Shown: positions 42,940 to 60,354, counted from the first letter of the stretch. The stretch is DNA of 64,000 nt from Eledone cirrhosa (GCA_964016885.1 OZ024751.1:16492001-16556000); one strand, 5' to 3'. Notes: generated by a model from the letters alone, not told the origin. Translations and numbers: made by a program.

Positions 42940-43147
42940 AATTTATAAACAACCATCTGGTTGTGGAACCAACCAAACAAACGGAAATTTATAAATTCCT
43001 AAATTTATAAATTTATTATAATAAATTGAAGTGAAAGCAACTGGTGCGTGTGTTTCTTATTGGCAACATGACCCACCCAAAGTATAACAATATCGGTTTC
43101 AACACACGTTTTCAGATAAAGAATCTTGCTAAACAAATTCAGAAACG

Positions 43148-43199
<52 letters not shown>

Positions 43200-43457
43200 T
43201 AATATGAAAAGAGTCAGGACCCCGACAGCTGAGCTCCGGCTGTTTCGACAGCTAGACCCGTCGGGGTCCTGACTATTTTTATATTACCCACTCTACTACC
43301 CTAAGTATCAAGTACTTTAGTTAGCTTTGGTCCACCTGGTATCTTACCACTCTTTCTTTGTTATATATACTATAATAAAGGTTTGGTAGAAATATCCAAT
43401 GATAAGAGCACTGTCCACAGGAGGAGTTAAGTATAAATAATTACAACAGTGACATAA

Positions 43458-43507
43458 ACAAGTAGTTAAGTTTCATTGGGTTCTGGAGCCCAACTCATTC
43501 AGCCCGT
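43458..43507 (-). ncRNA. Hammerhead-like motif with CTGAATGA core
   Basis: ACGGG-CTGAATGA-[GTTGGG/CCCAAT]-GAAA-CTTAAC-TA-CTTGT; the opposite arm has palindromic CTTAAG. Confidence 0.6.
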
Positions 43508-43580
43508 CGCAAGAAAAAAAAAGAATTGGGGTCCAGAACCCCACGAAACTTAAGTACCTGTTTATGACACGGTTGTAATT

Positions 43581-43623
<43 letters not shown>

Positions 43624-43627
<4 letters not shown>

Positions 43628-43908
43628 TCCCTCTGATGCACAGGTCTGGACAAGGTTTATTTGTGGACGACCTGTAGTCACCCATGCATACCAGTCTCCC
43701 TTCTCCGCACCACCGATGATGTCCAGGGGAAAGGCAATCACCGATACAGCTTGGCACCAGTGAGGGCGCAGTTCATTTCTACAGCTGAATAAACTTGAGC
43801 AACGTGACATAAAGTGTCTTACTTAAAGACACAATGTATCACACGGTCCGAGAATCGAACTCACAATCTTTCAATTGCAAGCCCAACCCTCTAACCAGTA
43901 AGCCATGT
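43624..43908 (-). mobile_element. SINE family A, tail type 3
   Basis: Same head and core, third tail; diverged tail copy at about 51150-51330(+); head-only copy 36836-36922(-). Confidence 0.8.
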
Positions 43909-44125
43909 CTATATATATATAACTTCGATATCTTAATAAATTATTAACGATGATAATAGTAAGAGGCGTGAGGTATAGTTATATGGTTAAAGAGTGTGCT
44001 TCAAAAACACGTGGTTTGGGGTTCAGTCCAACATCTTTGTTGACTTATGTTATATTTTCGGGTGGACACCCGAAAGTATAGCATATGTGAAACTTTGGAG
44101 ACGGTAACTATGCAAAAGCCCATTG

Positions 44126-44198
<73 letters not shown>

Positions 44199-44357
44199 TA
44201 TTAGGATTGGTGCTCCGATGTATACATGAATGTATGTATAGTACATTTGGAAATATACCGTGTGTTTTGCCAAAAATACTATACATACATTCATATATAT
44301 ATATATTTACAGTAAGGGGTCAAGTCGCGGTTAAGCACTATATGTATGCAGATGTAA

Positions 44358-44396
<39 letters not shown>

Positions 44397-46063
44397 TAAA
44401 ATAACAGATTAAAGTTTAAGCAAAGAATCGCTACTTTCACCCTTAACGGGATCTTCTGAAACTAAAAAAGTCAATATATATATATTATTCTACTATATAT
44501 ATATATATATATATAATTTCTACAAAGCGGTCCTCCACTACCGTCGAAGTCTAATGATAGAAATCAGTAAAAAAAGTATGTAGAAGTCTTGCATATGTTT
44601 TCGAGACTAAATTCTTTAAATGAACCTCAAGATTTACCGGTTCTATATTTTAACGATCTTGGTAATATCTTTTAGGTTGAAAAACAAATATGACTTCATA
44701 AGAATTTGAATTCATAATGCAAAGATGAAAAATAGCTATCACACAGTATTTACTCGACCTTCTAACAGTTCTGATAAATAATAATGGTTTCTAGTTTAGG
44801 CACAAAGTCAACAATTCTGGTGGGAGGGGAAAATCGATTAAATTGAACCAAGTGTGTTATTGATTCTTTATATTATCGACCCCGTAAGGATGAATGTCAA
44901 AGTGATGAATAATAAGGATTTCTGATTTAGCCATGAGGTCAACGATTTTGCGAGAAGGGAAAGTCGATTAAATCGACCCCAGTGTGTTCCTGCTACTTTA
45001 TTTTATCAACCCTTTATGGATTAAAGGCAAAGCGATAAATAGTAATATAAATGGTAAAAGATATTGTAGTGTTTCGACGATGAGTGTTCTGGTTGTATAA
45101 TCAATGGAAGAAGCTGCTCGTGAAATTGGCTGGGCATTCAACAGACACGTGTACCCTTAACTTAATTCTCAGGGGGATTCAGTGCTTCACTGACAGGCTG
45201 TTTGACAAGGACGGCCCGTTTAAATTACAGGTACAAAGGATTTATTCCAGCTGACCAGACTGGAGCAACGTGAAATAAGGACACTACAGACCGGCGACTC
45301 AAACTCACGAATTCTCAACTAATTCACTCACTTTAATAGTTCTTGTAGTATAGATTATTGGCGGCGAATTGGGAGATTCATTAGAACGGCACTTAGAATG
45401 CTTTGTGGTATTTGTTTCGGCTCTCTCTCTGCCTTCTCGAAGTTTGAATCCCACCGAGGATTTTCTTTTTCTTTTGCGTTTCATCCTTTCGTGGTCAATA
45501 AAAAAATTACTGGGATCAATTTATTTACTATATCTCTTTCTTACTTCCTTTCTTTCATTCGCCCTTTTCCCTTCCCCAGATGAAATTTCCTGTGCTATAG
45601 TAAGTACAGAAGAAGGAAGGGATAATACGCTCCACCGAGTTTAAAATGCCTAAGACACGCTATATATCATTTCAACTCCTCTACGTTCGCTTCAGATGTT
45701 ACGGGTCCATACATCCATATAATATAACCTTTTACTATCTCCATAACAAATGATCGATTAAAGTCAAACTTTAATATAATTAAAGAACATCGAGGAATAA
45801 GACGCCTAAGTAGGACAGCTAGACTGGACTTTACAGTAAAGCAATCTTCGATCCATTTGCTATTAGTTGCAGAGATTTGCTTGTCAGTTGAACATGTATA
45901 AAGCTGGCCCCTGGTATTTTATTGTTGTAGGTGAAATAGCTATGATCTCCACGTAATCCATTATAAAATTTGATTTTAATAATCTAATGGAAGAGAGAAA
46001 AAAATGGAGTTCATTGAGTAATATAACAAGAAGAAGAAAAATCAATCTCTTGCCAATATGGAG

Positions 46064-48706
<2,643 letters not shown>

Positions 48707-48709
<3 letters not shown>

Positions 48710-48935
48710 AACTGAAATCTTAGAAGAAGTAAATTAAAAGATAAAATGGGATACTCAAGAAACCTCACAAGCCTTTATGGAAACAAAAATATGTCGATGC
48801 TAGTATGTATGAAGAAGAAGGTCATGTGTTGTGCATCTACATGTCGAGAAACACCAATAGTTGTATTAAAAAGAACTGTTTCTACAACGGTAACACATGT
48901 CGAAATTTGAAGAAATAACTAAGATCAAATAAGTG
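48707..48935 (+). pseudogene. Degenerate PLE GIY-YIG C-terminus
   Basis: Remnant IKWD...KIC..MYEEE...LKR-like pattern across frameshifts. Confidence 0.45.
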
Positions 48936-49089
48936 GAAATATAAATAAATCACGTATGCTTATTCAATATATGAATGTTATTTTTTATAAAATCACCAAC
49001 ATAAAAATATATATTATAATAACTGAGAAAAAAAAAACGATATTATAAATGCAGTAGGTGTGAATTATAATAAAACGAAGAGTAAAATG

Positions 49090-49162
<73 letters not shown>

Positions 49163-49255
49163 AATATATATAATAATCGAGAAAAAATAAGATATTATTG
49201 TAAATACATATGAAGAACAGTCTTTGAACTTAAATACAGAAAATTACCTATATAT

Positions 49256-49353
<98 letters not shown>

Positions 49354-49778
49354 ATAATAATAATCGAGAAAAAATAAGATATTATTGTAAATATATATGA
49401 AGAACAGTCTTTGAACTTAAATACAGAAAATTATCTATAACTTTTAAATCAAAAATCAGCCAAAAATATACTATACCCAGCTACCCTTTGACAAAACCAC
49501 TGTGAAATTGTATTAAATCGCTAAAGAACGTTGGATTAGAGTATGAGAGTTAGAGGGGGAGGAGATAGAGAGAGGGTACATAGAGAGGGGGGGGGGCTAG
49601 AGAGATAGATTGATAGAGAGAGAACGAGAGCGAGAGAGAGTGTGTGAAAGAGAAGGCGATTGAGAGATACAGAGATATATTTATTATAGATAGATGGATA
49701 GATAGATAGATAGACAGAAAGAGAGAGGGAGAGAGTGAGTGAAAGATATATATATATGCTTTACTGAACTTCTATCTC

Positions 49779-49821
<43 letters not shown>

Positions 49822-52800
49822 GTATATATATATATATAGAGAGAGAGAGAGGGAGAAGTTCAGTAAAGCATACTATGTTTCAATGAAACGATTTGTATTG
49901 TTACTCATTCTTGTTAGAGAATTTGTATTTCTTTTTTACACATATGATATTTCAATATATAATATATTCTATCACTACAGCTACAATCTTCATCACTTAA
50001 CCTCAACCATATTTCTATATAATTGAGTGGAGCTTCTAACTTTACCAGTGTTTCTCCGATCATTACTATTTGGGGTATAGTTTGAGTTAGTCAGTTCACC
50101 TAAATGAATATTAATATTGCTACTTTAATTGTAATTTTCCACCACTTAACATCAAACATTTAACTGTAGCTCAAAGACGTCTCATTAGCTAACTTCCAAG
50201 ACAAATTTAACTAAATGAAGATATACGTTTTCTAAGTCTCAGCTTGCGTATGGTTTGTTTAACGAGAAGAAAGATTTCAATAGACATGTCAGCAGAAGAA
50301 TTTCTTTGCAATTCGTTAGCAATGCCTTGACACGAAGGTGATTTATAAATGACACGGATTTGACAGATATATTCCTAGAGAGAAATGGAGTCAAACAGAG
50401 TTGTGTTATTTTTCTGGGGATATGCTGCATCAAATACATTTTAAGAACTCACACACATCTTCAATTCAGAAGTACCATGACGCTATTCATATTATGTATA
50501 GAACAGGGAGAAAACAGTTCAACATGAGTGTTCTGATCTAAGTGCATCAACGCTCTGTTAATAGTTAGTGTAAAAATAAAGTTGAGATCACGTAATAATC
50601 TTTCGTTAAATGAAATACAAGAATTTTTGCATTACTGACAAATAATGCAAATTCCATTTTATTGCGAATAATGGAAAATTGTAGAAGTAGAAAATTTCGT
50701 TTTGCGGCAATTACTTTTCTTGTTAAAGATAATTAGATCAATAAAATGAGCTCTGTATTTGAGCTGCAAAAGTTGTTATGGTGGTAATCAACTGGTGCTC
50801 TTGTCATGGTTTAGCTGCAGGGTACCATTGAGCAAGTAGAACTTGGATCAAAGATTGTTCAACTATGACTATCTCGTCTTTGTTTTTTATGTGTTTCGAA
50901 TCCAGACCTTGTTATCCATCATGTTATGTTTTAGTGGTTTGATATAAGGAAGTTTGACAGCATAGTGTTACCGTCGTCGACTTACGGTCGTTAATAATTT
51001 GTAAGAAAAGCTTAGTATCAAAGGAGTGCTTAGTCGTTACTGTGTTTAGCTCAAGACAAATATCTATAAATTTTAGTTCGAGTGTTCGATTCATGAACCG
51101 ATCGATGAATTTTAATAGTGAGCAACATATTTTTATTTCACGTGACTCAAGTCTACTCAGCTGGGGAAATTGAGTTGGCACGACATGATACCAAGCTGTA
51201 TAGGGTTTTTTTGTTTTTCCCTTGAACAACTTTGTTGGCGTGGAGAGAGAAGGCAGGTAGGCGTAAGCGAATGCTGGTCGTCCTCAAAATTACCTTGGCC
51301 AGGTTTGCGCCAAGGAGAATAAAATTCCAAGCGCAAATCGATGGTCAATTACAATTGAAGCTGGCCGTAAGCAATGTTTGTGTTTAAGCTATAGCAATTG
51401 TTTTGGTGACGAAGTAGCAGAGTTTTTAGAACATTAGATTGAATGCTTTGCAGTATCCATTCTATCTATCGGCATTCACAGTCAAGGACAACTTTGCCTT
51501 TCATCATTTCTAGATCGACAAAAGTACTGCAGGTTCAGTACTAAGTACTTTCTCTTTCTCGCTTCCCTTTTATTTTTTTCTCACTCACATTCCCTATCTT
51601 TATCTAGAAGAAATCGGTTACGATCAGATCTGATGAGGGAGGGACTCCGCCAGGTTTTAAAGGCTCAGGGCATACCGTAAGTCTCCGTGATACACATACG
51701 ACTCCATTGAGATTTACGGATTCACGGATGAAATGATGGATTGTTATGTTAACCAATAATTAAGTGAATATGCTGGGTTCTGTATCTGAGAGATTATAAA
51801 ATGTGTATGTATACAAAACGATTGGTCTTATGAAAACTTTGATGTACCAGTGATACATGTATGTATAACGAGTATAATATGAACTAAATAACCTTCTAAA
51901 TAAATTGCTACATTGATAAACAAATGCAAATTGATATCCAAATGCAAATTATCTTGAAACAACTTCTGAAGGCTGAAGACTACGTAATATATGTGAGTAG
52001 CGAGTTAGGCTAACGATCTTAAGTTCATGTGTTCCATTTCGCGTGGGCTCTTGTGCCTTTAGGAAAACACTTTATTTCAGGTCACTGCAGTCCACTCAGC
52101 TGGAAAAATAGAACTGAGTTGTATCTGAAATTTGAAGGGTCGTCAATGTCTCATTTGCGTTACACTGAATCTTGCTGATGACTAAGTTACGGTTACACGT
52201 GTTTGTGAAATGCACAACCAATTACACGTTAATTCCTCGGACGGACTGTTCCAGTTGTCTGAACAACTAGAACATTCGCCATCGGAACCGATCGAGGTTT
52301 CACACATAATAAATGGGTTGACACTTCCTACTAAGTGGGTAGCAGTCAGAAATGCCAATCAAAGACTTATTTAAAACATTTCCCCTACGTTATAAATGTG
52401 TTGAGAACCAAAGATCCAATCTTCGAATGTAATAATGCTTTCTGAATTAGATATAAGGCCAACATATATTTGTGGGAAGGGACAGTCAAGTAAATCGACA
52501 TCAGTGTGCTATTTTTACTTTATGTTATCGATCCCTTAAAATGAAAGGCAAAGCTAATCTCGGCATGGTTTGAACTCCGGACGTAAAGAGGCATAACTCA
52601 ATACCACAAAGCATGTTGTCCGACCCTCTACCAGTACTGCTAATTCACCGTCCTCTTCAAATGTATTAATGATTTCTAATCTAGGCTTAAGTCCAGAGCA
52701 TTTGATGGACTGAGAAAGCTGATTATACCGAATACAGTGTTGAAGTTCTTGATACTTTAATTTATCGACGTCAGAAGAAGGAAAGACAACGTTAATCTCA

Positions 52801-52859
52801 GTGGGACTTTAACGCAGAATGTAGATGACTCCCCTTACTTCATATTGCAAAGCAGTTTA

Positions 52860-55800
52860 GCCGACGTTCTAACGTGTCTGACAACCCATCGCCGTCTTCT
52901 TCAAATGCAATAATGATTTAATACCGACCGATATAGGTGATAGGAAAATCGTAGGCGTAATTTCTAATTTAGACACAAACCCAAGAATTTGGAGGGGAGG
53001 AGTCAGCCAGAATACTTCCGCGTTGAATGTTGCAGATTGGAGTTTCAATCTTCGCAAAGTTCAGCGGGAGTTTGAAACTGGAATGAGCGATGCGACCTCC
53101 GTAGAGAAGAGTCGCTGCAATTCCAGAGGAAGCAACGGCCAGTGCGATCCAACTGTTCTTTCTCACCGTTGTTCTTTCTCACCGTTTCTCAAGTGGTTGA
53201 TGACGAATGTCTTTCCCGTGCCTCCTGGAGCATCAACGAAGAAGAGGCCACCCTTGCTGGTTGTCACATCATCAACAATGGTGTTGTAAGCCAGTTGCTG
53301 ATCATGGATCAATTTGGGTTCGTTGGTATTAATAAACTCATGAAGAGCACTGATCTTGTAGCTCGTCTCGCGGAGAAGCTCTGTAGACGTTGACCTCTGG
53401 ACACTCCTGTCAGGAGCAGGTAAGCTGTAGTGACTTAGAGGCCTACCACCAATCCCCAGGACACTATTTTCAAGACAAATCAGCGCCTCATTGAAAACGA
53501 CATCGTATGTTACGTTCGGATATTGTCTGCGTGTGCGGTGGAGGATGTCCTCAGCTAGACTTCCGCAGTGGTTGTTCCACAGTGCGAGAGGGTCGGCGAG
53601 ATCGCAGTTGTGCAGCAAAAGAGCAAAAAGTGTTCGCAGCTGAGAAGGGACTTTAGCAGTTGCTGCTTCTTGCAGGGTGAGGTGCCAATGGCTGTCATCG
53701 TGTAACATACCACGCATCTGGCAAGCCAAACGGTAAGTGGAACATTGATGGCCATTGATGGTTCTCAGATCTTGGAAAGACTGTGGTCCTCTAATCTCGA
53801 ACAGGAGCATTCTTAGGAAGAAACACTCGAACTGAGTCGGATGGACGCTGTAGACCCTTCCAAGAACATCTGCTGACTTGATCTGAGGGTGTCCTTCCAC
53901 TGCTTTGCCAGCCTATCTACGCTACCACAATCGGGTTGGTCTGTTCCGTGTGTAGAAGCGGGGAAGTTGCCAATAGAAGAGTGTTTGTGCGAATTCGTCT
54001 TCTTGGCAGAGCTTGAAAAAGCCCGTAGGTGTTGTATTCTTCGGTGGTTCTTGAACAATTTGAGCAGCCTGTTCTGGATGGAAGAAAACTCTCTGGCCAT
54101 TTTCGAGATGCACTGCCAGGTGCTCGACTGCAGGATGGCGTTCATGAAGTGGGAATCCGAGAATTCCCCACATGGACCATGAACCATTTGAGTTCTGATA
54201 ACGTCGAACAGCCTCTGGGTTTCTGCAGGATCAGTGAGTTCAGCATTTATCAATGAGTCAATCTGGGAAGGACGGATTTTCTCGATTAGCCAGATTAGAA
54301 TGTGGGCATGGGGAAGTCCACGTTTCTGCCACTCAATGGTGCACATATCACATCGTGTTGGTCCAAAGATTTCTTACTTCGTTAGGATTGACATGAGCTT
54401 CATAACTTTCAGACGGAATACTCTTGCAATAAGGTCATGACGGTGAGCGGACGTTTGGCCAGGAAGGAGTTCACCAGTTATTTCATACACTTTGGGTTGC
54501 ATGTGAAGGTGATGAAAAGGTCGGGACAGCCATAGTGCCTCACGTATGTCATTGCATCTTGAGTCTTCTCATGCACATATCGAGGACTTCCTGCGAAGGT
54601 GGAAGGGAGGATGACCAACTTACCAAGCTCGTGGCCATGTCTGGCATCATTGTTCACAGCATCACGAAGGTGAGCCTAGTTGTCAGCTCGAAGTTCCTTC
54701 TGATGCCTTGCAGTATAAGCAAGGCGTTCACTCTCTATCTTGGCATACATGTCAACGACAAACTGGTGAAATAGATCGCGTGCTCGGTGAAGATGATCGA
54801 AGTTGTTTGAACGAAGCATCAGGTGAAAGGCATAACAATCCATCACAGATACTTTCTTGTTTGTTGGCTCACCATTAGATCCAGCTTTGACAAAGCAGCC
54901 AGTGGTATCCATGCTCCCCTCTTGTGTACAGAAGTGGGTACTGAAGGCCATCGTATGCTTTGTTGGTGTCGGGAGTTTTTTTTAGACCTTCATCACGATG
55001 TCGGATGACTATATCACGCTTTGCCCCGATGTGACCAGCAAGGACAGCTGCAGCCTCTGCAACAGCTGGAGCATTGAAGCGTCTACGATGCTCACAAGTT
55101 GGAACCTTGTCAGGGTGTATAACAATGTCGAACATTTTGGCTGGAGGGTTTTCAATGGCGAATTTAAAGTTTTGAATCAGCCTGTTTGAGACACTTAACA
55201 TGTCCTGTAACTGGCGAATGTTTTCAAGTCTGGTTCCTGAGATGGCTCGATGGCGACGTATCGCTTGTGAATCTGCATCTCCAATGAAGTAGATTTACAA
55301 AAACTTGTAGTCTTCTCCCGACAGGGGTAGGAGACTTCCAATCGTGTGGTACATTTGGCCCTGTACTTTAAATCTGGACATGTATCCGCCATGATTAACT
55401 TCCTTTTCGGCTCCGAAACTCGTCATTTGAAAGCAGCTATTGTAACTCCTTATGTTTGCAAGGAAGTGACGGCTATCACCGCTCTGGCCTGAGAAGAGAC
55501 TTTTGAGCTGTTCCAAAGGGCAAGTGAGTAGGGGCAAACTGATTTTGCCTCCACTGCACCACATGCCTGGCACCTACCTGTGCCACTTGAGAGCTTGACA
55601 ATGTGGGAAAATAGTGTTCATGGATCCAAGTTCAGAAGCGATAGAATAGTCGACGGTCGAGTCATATCGAAAGGCTGAACCGGCGGTTTTAGGGCATCTC
55701 TGACTTGTTGACCAGCAGTGTAGGCTTCTCTGATAGGTCCAACTGTCAACCGAAGTTGTTTCTCTCTCACCTGTAGAATAATTTAAAAAACATTATTTGC

Positions 55801-57515
55801 TCATTACAGTTCCTTTCAAAACTCAATCCTACCGCTAGTCGTAAAATATTCGACCATCTCCAAATGTCCTACTCCAGTGTATGTATTATAATGAAGCGGA
55901 TTTTTGGGGCCTATATCAATGTTCCCATCGATTATGATACTATTTTCTTAATAAGCAGCCAAATTATACTTCTGAAGTTCGACAGTTTTACTGAATATCT
56001 GTAGAAAAAACTCAAAATATTTGACAAATGAAACTGTTGAAACATGGAAAATCTATTTACTTTTAAAGGAGTTACCTTTGGAAAAGTCCATTTTGGAAAT
56101 ATAATATTTCGTTGTGCCGAAAGATTGGGACTCAAGATGCACTGTTAAATTATCAATGCTCGGCTCAACAAAAATCTAATGTGGAGGCGCATGTAGAAGC
56201 TTTCTATTGATAGCTGAACTGAACTGTTGATAGCGCTGTTTGATGCGACAAATTTATATACCAGAACAATTAACGTACAGGTTAACATTGTTGACCTGAT
56301 ATAAAATCTTTGACAACATTTTGATTACTGTAGGCAAACAAATATTGATGACTGCCCTGTAATGAATTTGCTCAGAATTTTTGTGCTTATGCCCTCTTAA
56401 ATATTGGACTCAGTTTGGCAAGGACCTATATGGCACACTGCTGCTGTAATGCAATGTGGATGCAAACAGCTTGTGAAATCACCTGCTCTAATCTGGCTTC
56501 TTCTGTCTGAGTTGCTCTCCTGCCTTTGCACGGGACCTCAGTTGCTGAAGGCGAGACTGGCGCTGCTCTTGAGACTGGGCTGATCGAATTGCTCTCGCTT
56601 GAGTCTTCATCTGCTGAAGGCGACGTTCATGATCATCTTCAGACTCTCTTGCTCTAGTAACATTTTTTCTTCTGGAAAATCTAATCTTGCGACCAGGCTG
56701 GGACCTTTTGTGTGGCATTGCGGCTCTGTCTGTGCTTTCGTGAAATAAATATGTTTTTGTGTATGTAAAAATATCTGTGCGCGGGGACATAGAAATTGTC
56801 GGGCTGGACACCCGATCGCGCTGTTAAACCACTAGGAGTGAAGGACCCCTAGCCTTTGTCAGGGCATTCTTCTAGGAGAAGCCAACTCAGGAAACTGGGA
56901 TAACTCTGATATAAAAGCTGCGGCTCAGTAGTTCCCGATGATGTTGATCTTTTCTTCTTTTCGGATTAGTGGGATTGGCTCAGTGCACAGTCTTTCCTCA
57001 CTTTAAAAAATATCTTCGGCCAGGCTGGGACCTTTTGGGTGGCATATCAGCTCCGTCTGTGCGTTTGTGTATGCAAAAGTATCTGTATGTAAGTTTAAGC
57101 AAATGCAAAAATATATGTATTTAAGTTTAAGCAAAGAATCGCTGCTTTCAACTTTAACGGAATTTTCTGAAACTAAAAAAAAATCAATCTGTGAACGCAG
57201 AAGTAAATTTTTCGAAAAAAGTTTTCTAATGCAGACAGGCAGACATACTGAGACATATAGCTATGTATCATCTAAAAAGACACTAAAAAAAGGTGAGGAA
57301 TGACGTATAACCGGAAGTGTTGACATTTGAAATTTTAAAGAAGTAAATATTTAAATGATGTCTTTAATCTTTTCACAAAATTCAGTAGACAAAAATACCC
57401 TCACTTTCTTACTTGGAAAAAGTTACATCTATGGTGCAAATTTGGTGCTGTTTGGTCCAGCCGCTTGGCAGAAAGTTTGTTACTTACATACGGTCGTCAG
57501 CATTGTAGTATATAT
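52860..57515 (-). mobile_element. Decayed autonomous Helitron (Rep-helicase), 3'-truncated
   Basis: N-terminal MPHKRS...EQRQSRL; CSGGKI; NIRSYNSCFQMTSFG; HRRRFNAP; QFVVDMYAKIESERL; YGCPDLFITF; HUH motif EWQKRGLPHAH; Pif1 Walker A DAPGGTGKTF; VASSGIAATLL.GGR.AHS; many frameshifts; 5' boundary approximate. Confidence 0.92.
55771..56482 (-). other. Putative intron in the Helitron Rep-helicase gene
   Basis: CAG|GTGATT donor and TTATTCTACAG acceptor bound an AT-rich gap between coding-like segments. Confidence 0.6.
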
Positions 57516-57838
57516 ATATGTATATATTTGGCTGACTAAACGCACACGCGAAATTTTCTTTAAAAACAATTTTGACACGCACGTACGTGGATCGAACATA
57601 CGATGTTAACATCACGTGTTCATCACCGTAGCCTCTATCACACTCATTTTTGCTGTAGTAAAGCATAGTAAAAATGATACGTAGTAGATTGAGCTAATAA
57701 TCGAAACGCCTTCGAGGAAATCTAAGAATTCCTTGTTACACACATTCTGAACCACACATATAGTAAAGGTTCTATCAACTTTCCTGTGTTCAACTCTTTC
57801 TTTTTGCGTGTATCTCTTTCTATAGCTGTGTGTATTAG

Positions 57839-57869
<31 letters not shown>

Positions 57870-58418
57870 CTACGTACGTGTGAGATAATGTCGATGTGCA
57901 TTGATATGCGAGCATGTATTTATTTATATGCTTGTGTTGTTACGTACGTGTTTATACGCACGCACTCAAACGCACACACAAATGCATACACACATGCATG
58001 CAAACACACATATACATTTATATAAAAGCCAGCAATTACCCAGTGCATTACTGGTACTTTATTTTATCGACCCCGTAAGGATGAAAGGCAAAGTTAATCC
58101 CGCCGAGGTTAACTTTGCCTTTCATTCTTACGGGGTCGATAAAATAAAGTACCAGTAATGCTCTGGGTAAATTTCTGGCCTTGAGCCTAAAGTAGAACCA
58201 ATTATGTATTATATATATATATACAGAGATTATATATATTTATATATATTATGTATTATATATATGTATATATTATGTATTTTATATATGTATAGATTAT
58301 ATATTATGTAGTATATATATATATATATTATGTATTATATATTTGTATATATTATGTATTATATATATATGTATATATTATGTATTATATATATATGTAT
58401 ATATTATATGTTATATAT

Positions 58419-58490
<72 letters not shown>

Positions 58491-58620
58491 GTATTGATAT
58501 ATATATGTATATGTATATATATATATGAATATATATATATGTATATATATATAAATATATATATATATACATATATATATATTCATATATATATATACAT
58601 ATACATATATATATCAATAC

Positions 58621-58662
<42 letters not shown>

Positions 58663-58926
58663 CATAATATATAACATATGTGAGAGAATATGCTCCGAAA
58701 TGATTAGACGTGTCCATCGAACCTGCGGGTCCAGAGTCAGACCTATCCACACAATGATTGCGCCTGCGCCTCGAACCGTCCGCCGGCGAAACAATTGTAA
58801 CACACATTAAATTGAGTTCAGATGTATGAATGATTTTTCGTTTTCTATTATATCATACTCTGCTGTGTCAGAGCATAGAGTGCTCAACCGACATACCGCC
58901 TATGGAAGCATCTTGGCTACCATCAG

Positions 58927-58960
<34 letters not shown>

Positions 58961-59082
58961 GTAGGAGGTGAGTTTTATTGTAGTACAATAAAGCAATGCA
59001 GATATCGGATAAGAAGCACTCTACAGTTTGTAGGACTGGAGTATCCACAAGTGTTTTTTAGCCTTCATATCATGTCCTCCTG

Positions 59083-59149
59083 TTTTATCTGATGAAAACA
59101 CAAATATTATTGCATGATGATGTTTGTTTTTGAAATGCGCATAATAAAA
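59083..59149 (+). ncRNA. Minimal hammerhead, same family as 2765
   Basis: Core and stems I and III identical; changes confined to stem II and its loop. Confidence 0.8.
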
Positions 59150-59179
59150 TACATGGAACTCCTTTAACCATCTTCTGTT

Positions 59180-59230
<51 letters not shown>

Positions 59231-59833
59231 TGTATATATTGAGTTAGGAACTCAAAATAGTCTCTTACAACAAAATAGCTCTAAGAAAGAGATATTTCTG
59301 AGCCGTATATTATAATAGAATATAAAAGAGAAGCGAACACAGATATATAGATATATGTGTTCAAATCGTAAGGGACCCGATTCGCTAAGGTGAAAAGAAT
59401 ACTAACTATAGACAATTGGGTTCGCTTGTCTCAATTTAAGAAGAAATTAAGAAAATAAATACAAACCGGAATTGTGGTAACTACCAATTACCCAGACAGC
59501 TTGTTATTGTTTCGCAAAGTTAATTGTGAATAGAAATACTAATCCAAGTTCATCAGTCGGTGATGAATTAGTATCCTAGACACAGCTATGTATGCTATAT
59601 ATAAAAAATAAAACAGCGCACGTGGCATCCTAGCGAGTCTCACAAACCCACACCACTAGAAATAGCAGCCAGGCTTACTCGACATTTGAAATAGCTCAAC
59701 AAATTAACGGACCCGAATATATTTTATGTATATATTGAGTTAGGAACTCAAAATGGTCTTTCACCTTAGCGAATCTGGTCCCTTACTATTTGAACATATA
59801 TATCTATATATCTGTATTCCCTTTTCATTTATA

Positions 59834-59866
<33 letters not shown>

Positions 59867-59950
59867 CAAGGGAATGTAAACACAGAAAATATCTTAAAAA
59901 ATGATAATAAATAATTAAAATGTATTAATTACATATAGGACACATACTTT

Positions 59951-59988
<38 letters not shown>

Positions 59989-60354
59989 AATGTATGTGTC
60001 CTTATGTAATTAATACATATGTAATTAATACATATATAAATATATATATATATTAGATATCTCTCCAAATAGCCAGGGGCTTCGTAGCTCTCTCCGGATG
60101 TACAGATTCATTATATATGTATATATATATATATATAATGAATCTGTACATCCGTACAGAGCTATAAAGCCCCTGGCTATTTGGAGAGATATCTAATATC
60201 ACTTATATTTACGATACAATAATAAATGGGAGATAGAAGGGAATAAGAAAAATAAATGAAGCAAAAGAAACAAAAATTGTGAAAAACAGTCAGAACTAAA
60301 AAACAGAGCTACACACACAGACACACACATATATATGTATACGTACACATATAC

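Noticed and set aside
50243-50337. Possible exon LAYGLFNEKKDFNRHVSRRISLQFVSNALTR
   Set aside because: Splice-like ends but isolated and unrecognised; insufficient support
59495-59570. Minus-strand CTGATGA...GAAA as a hammerhead
   Set aside because: Stems I and II cannot be paired convincingly
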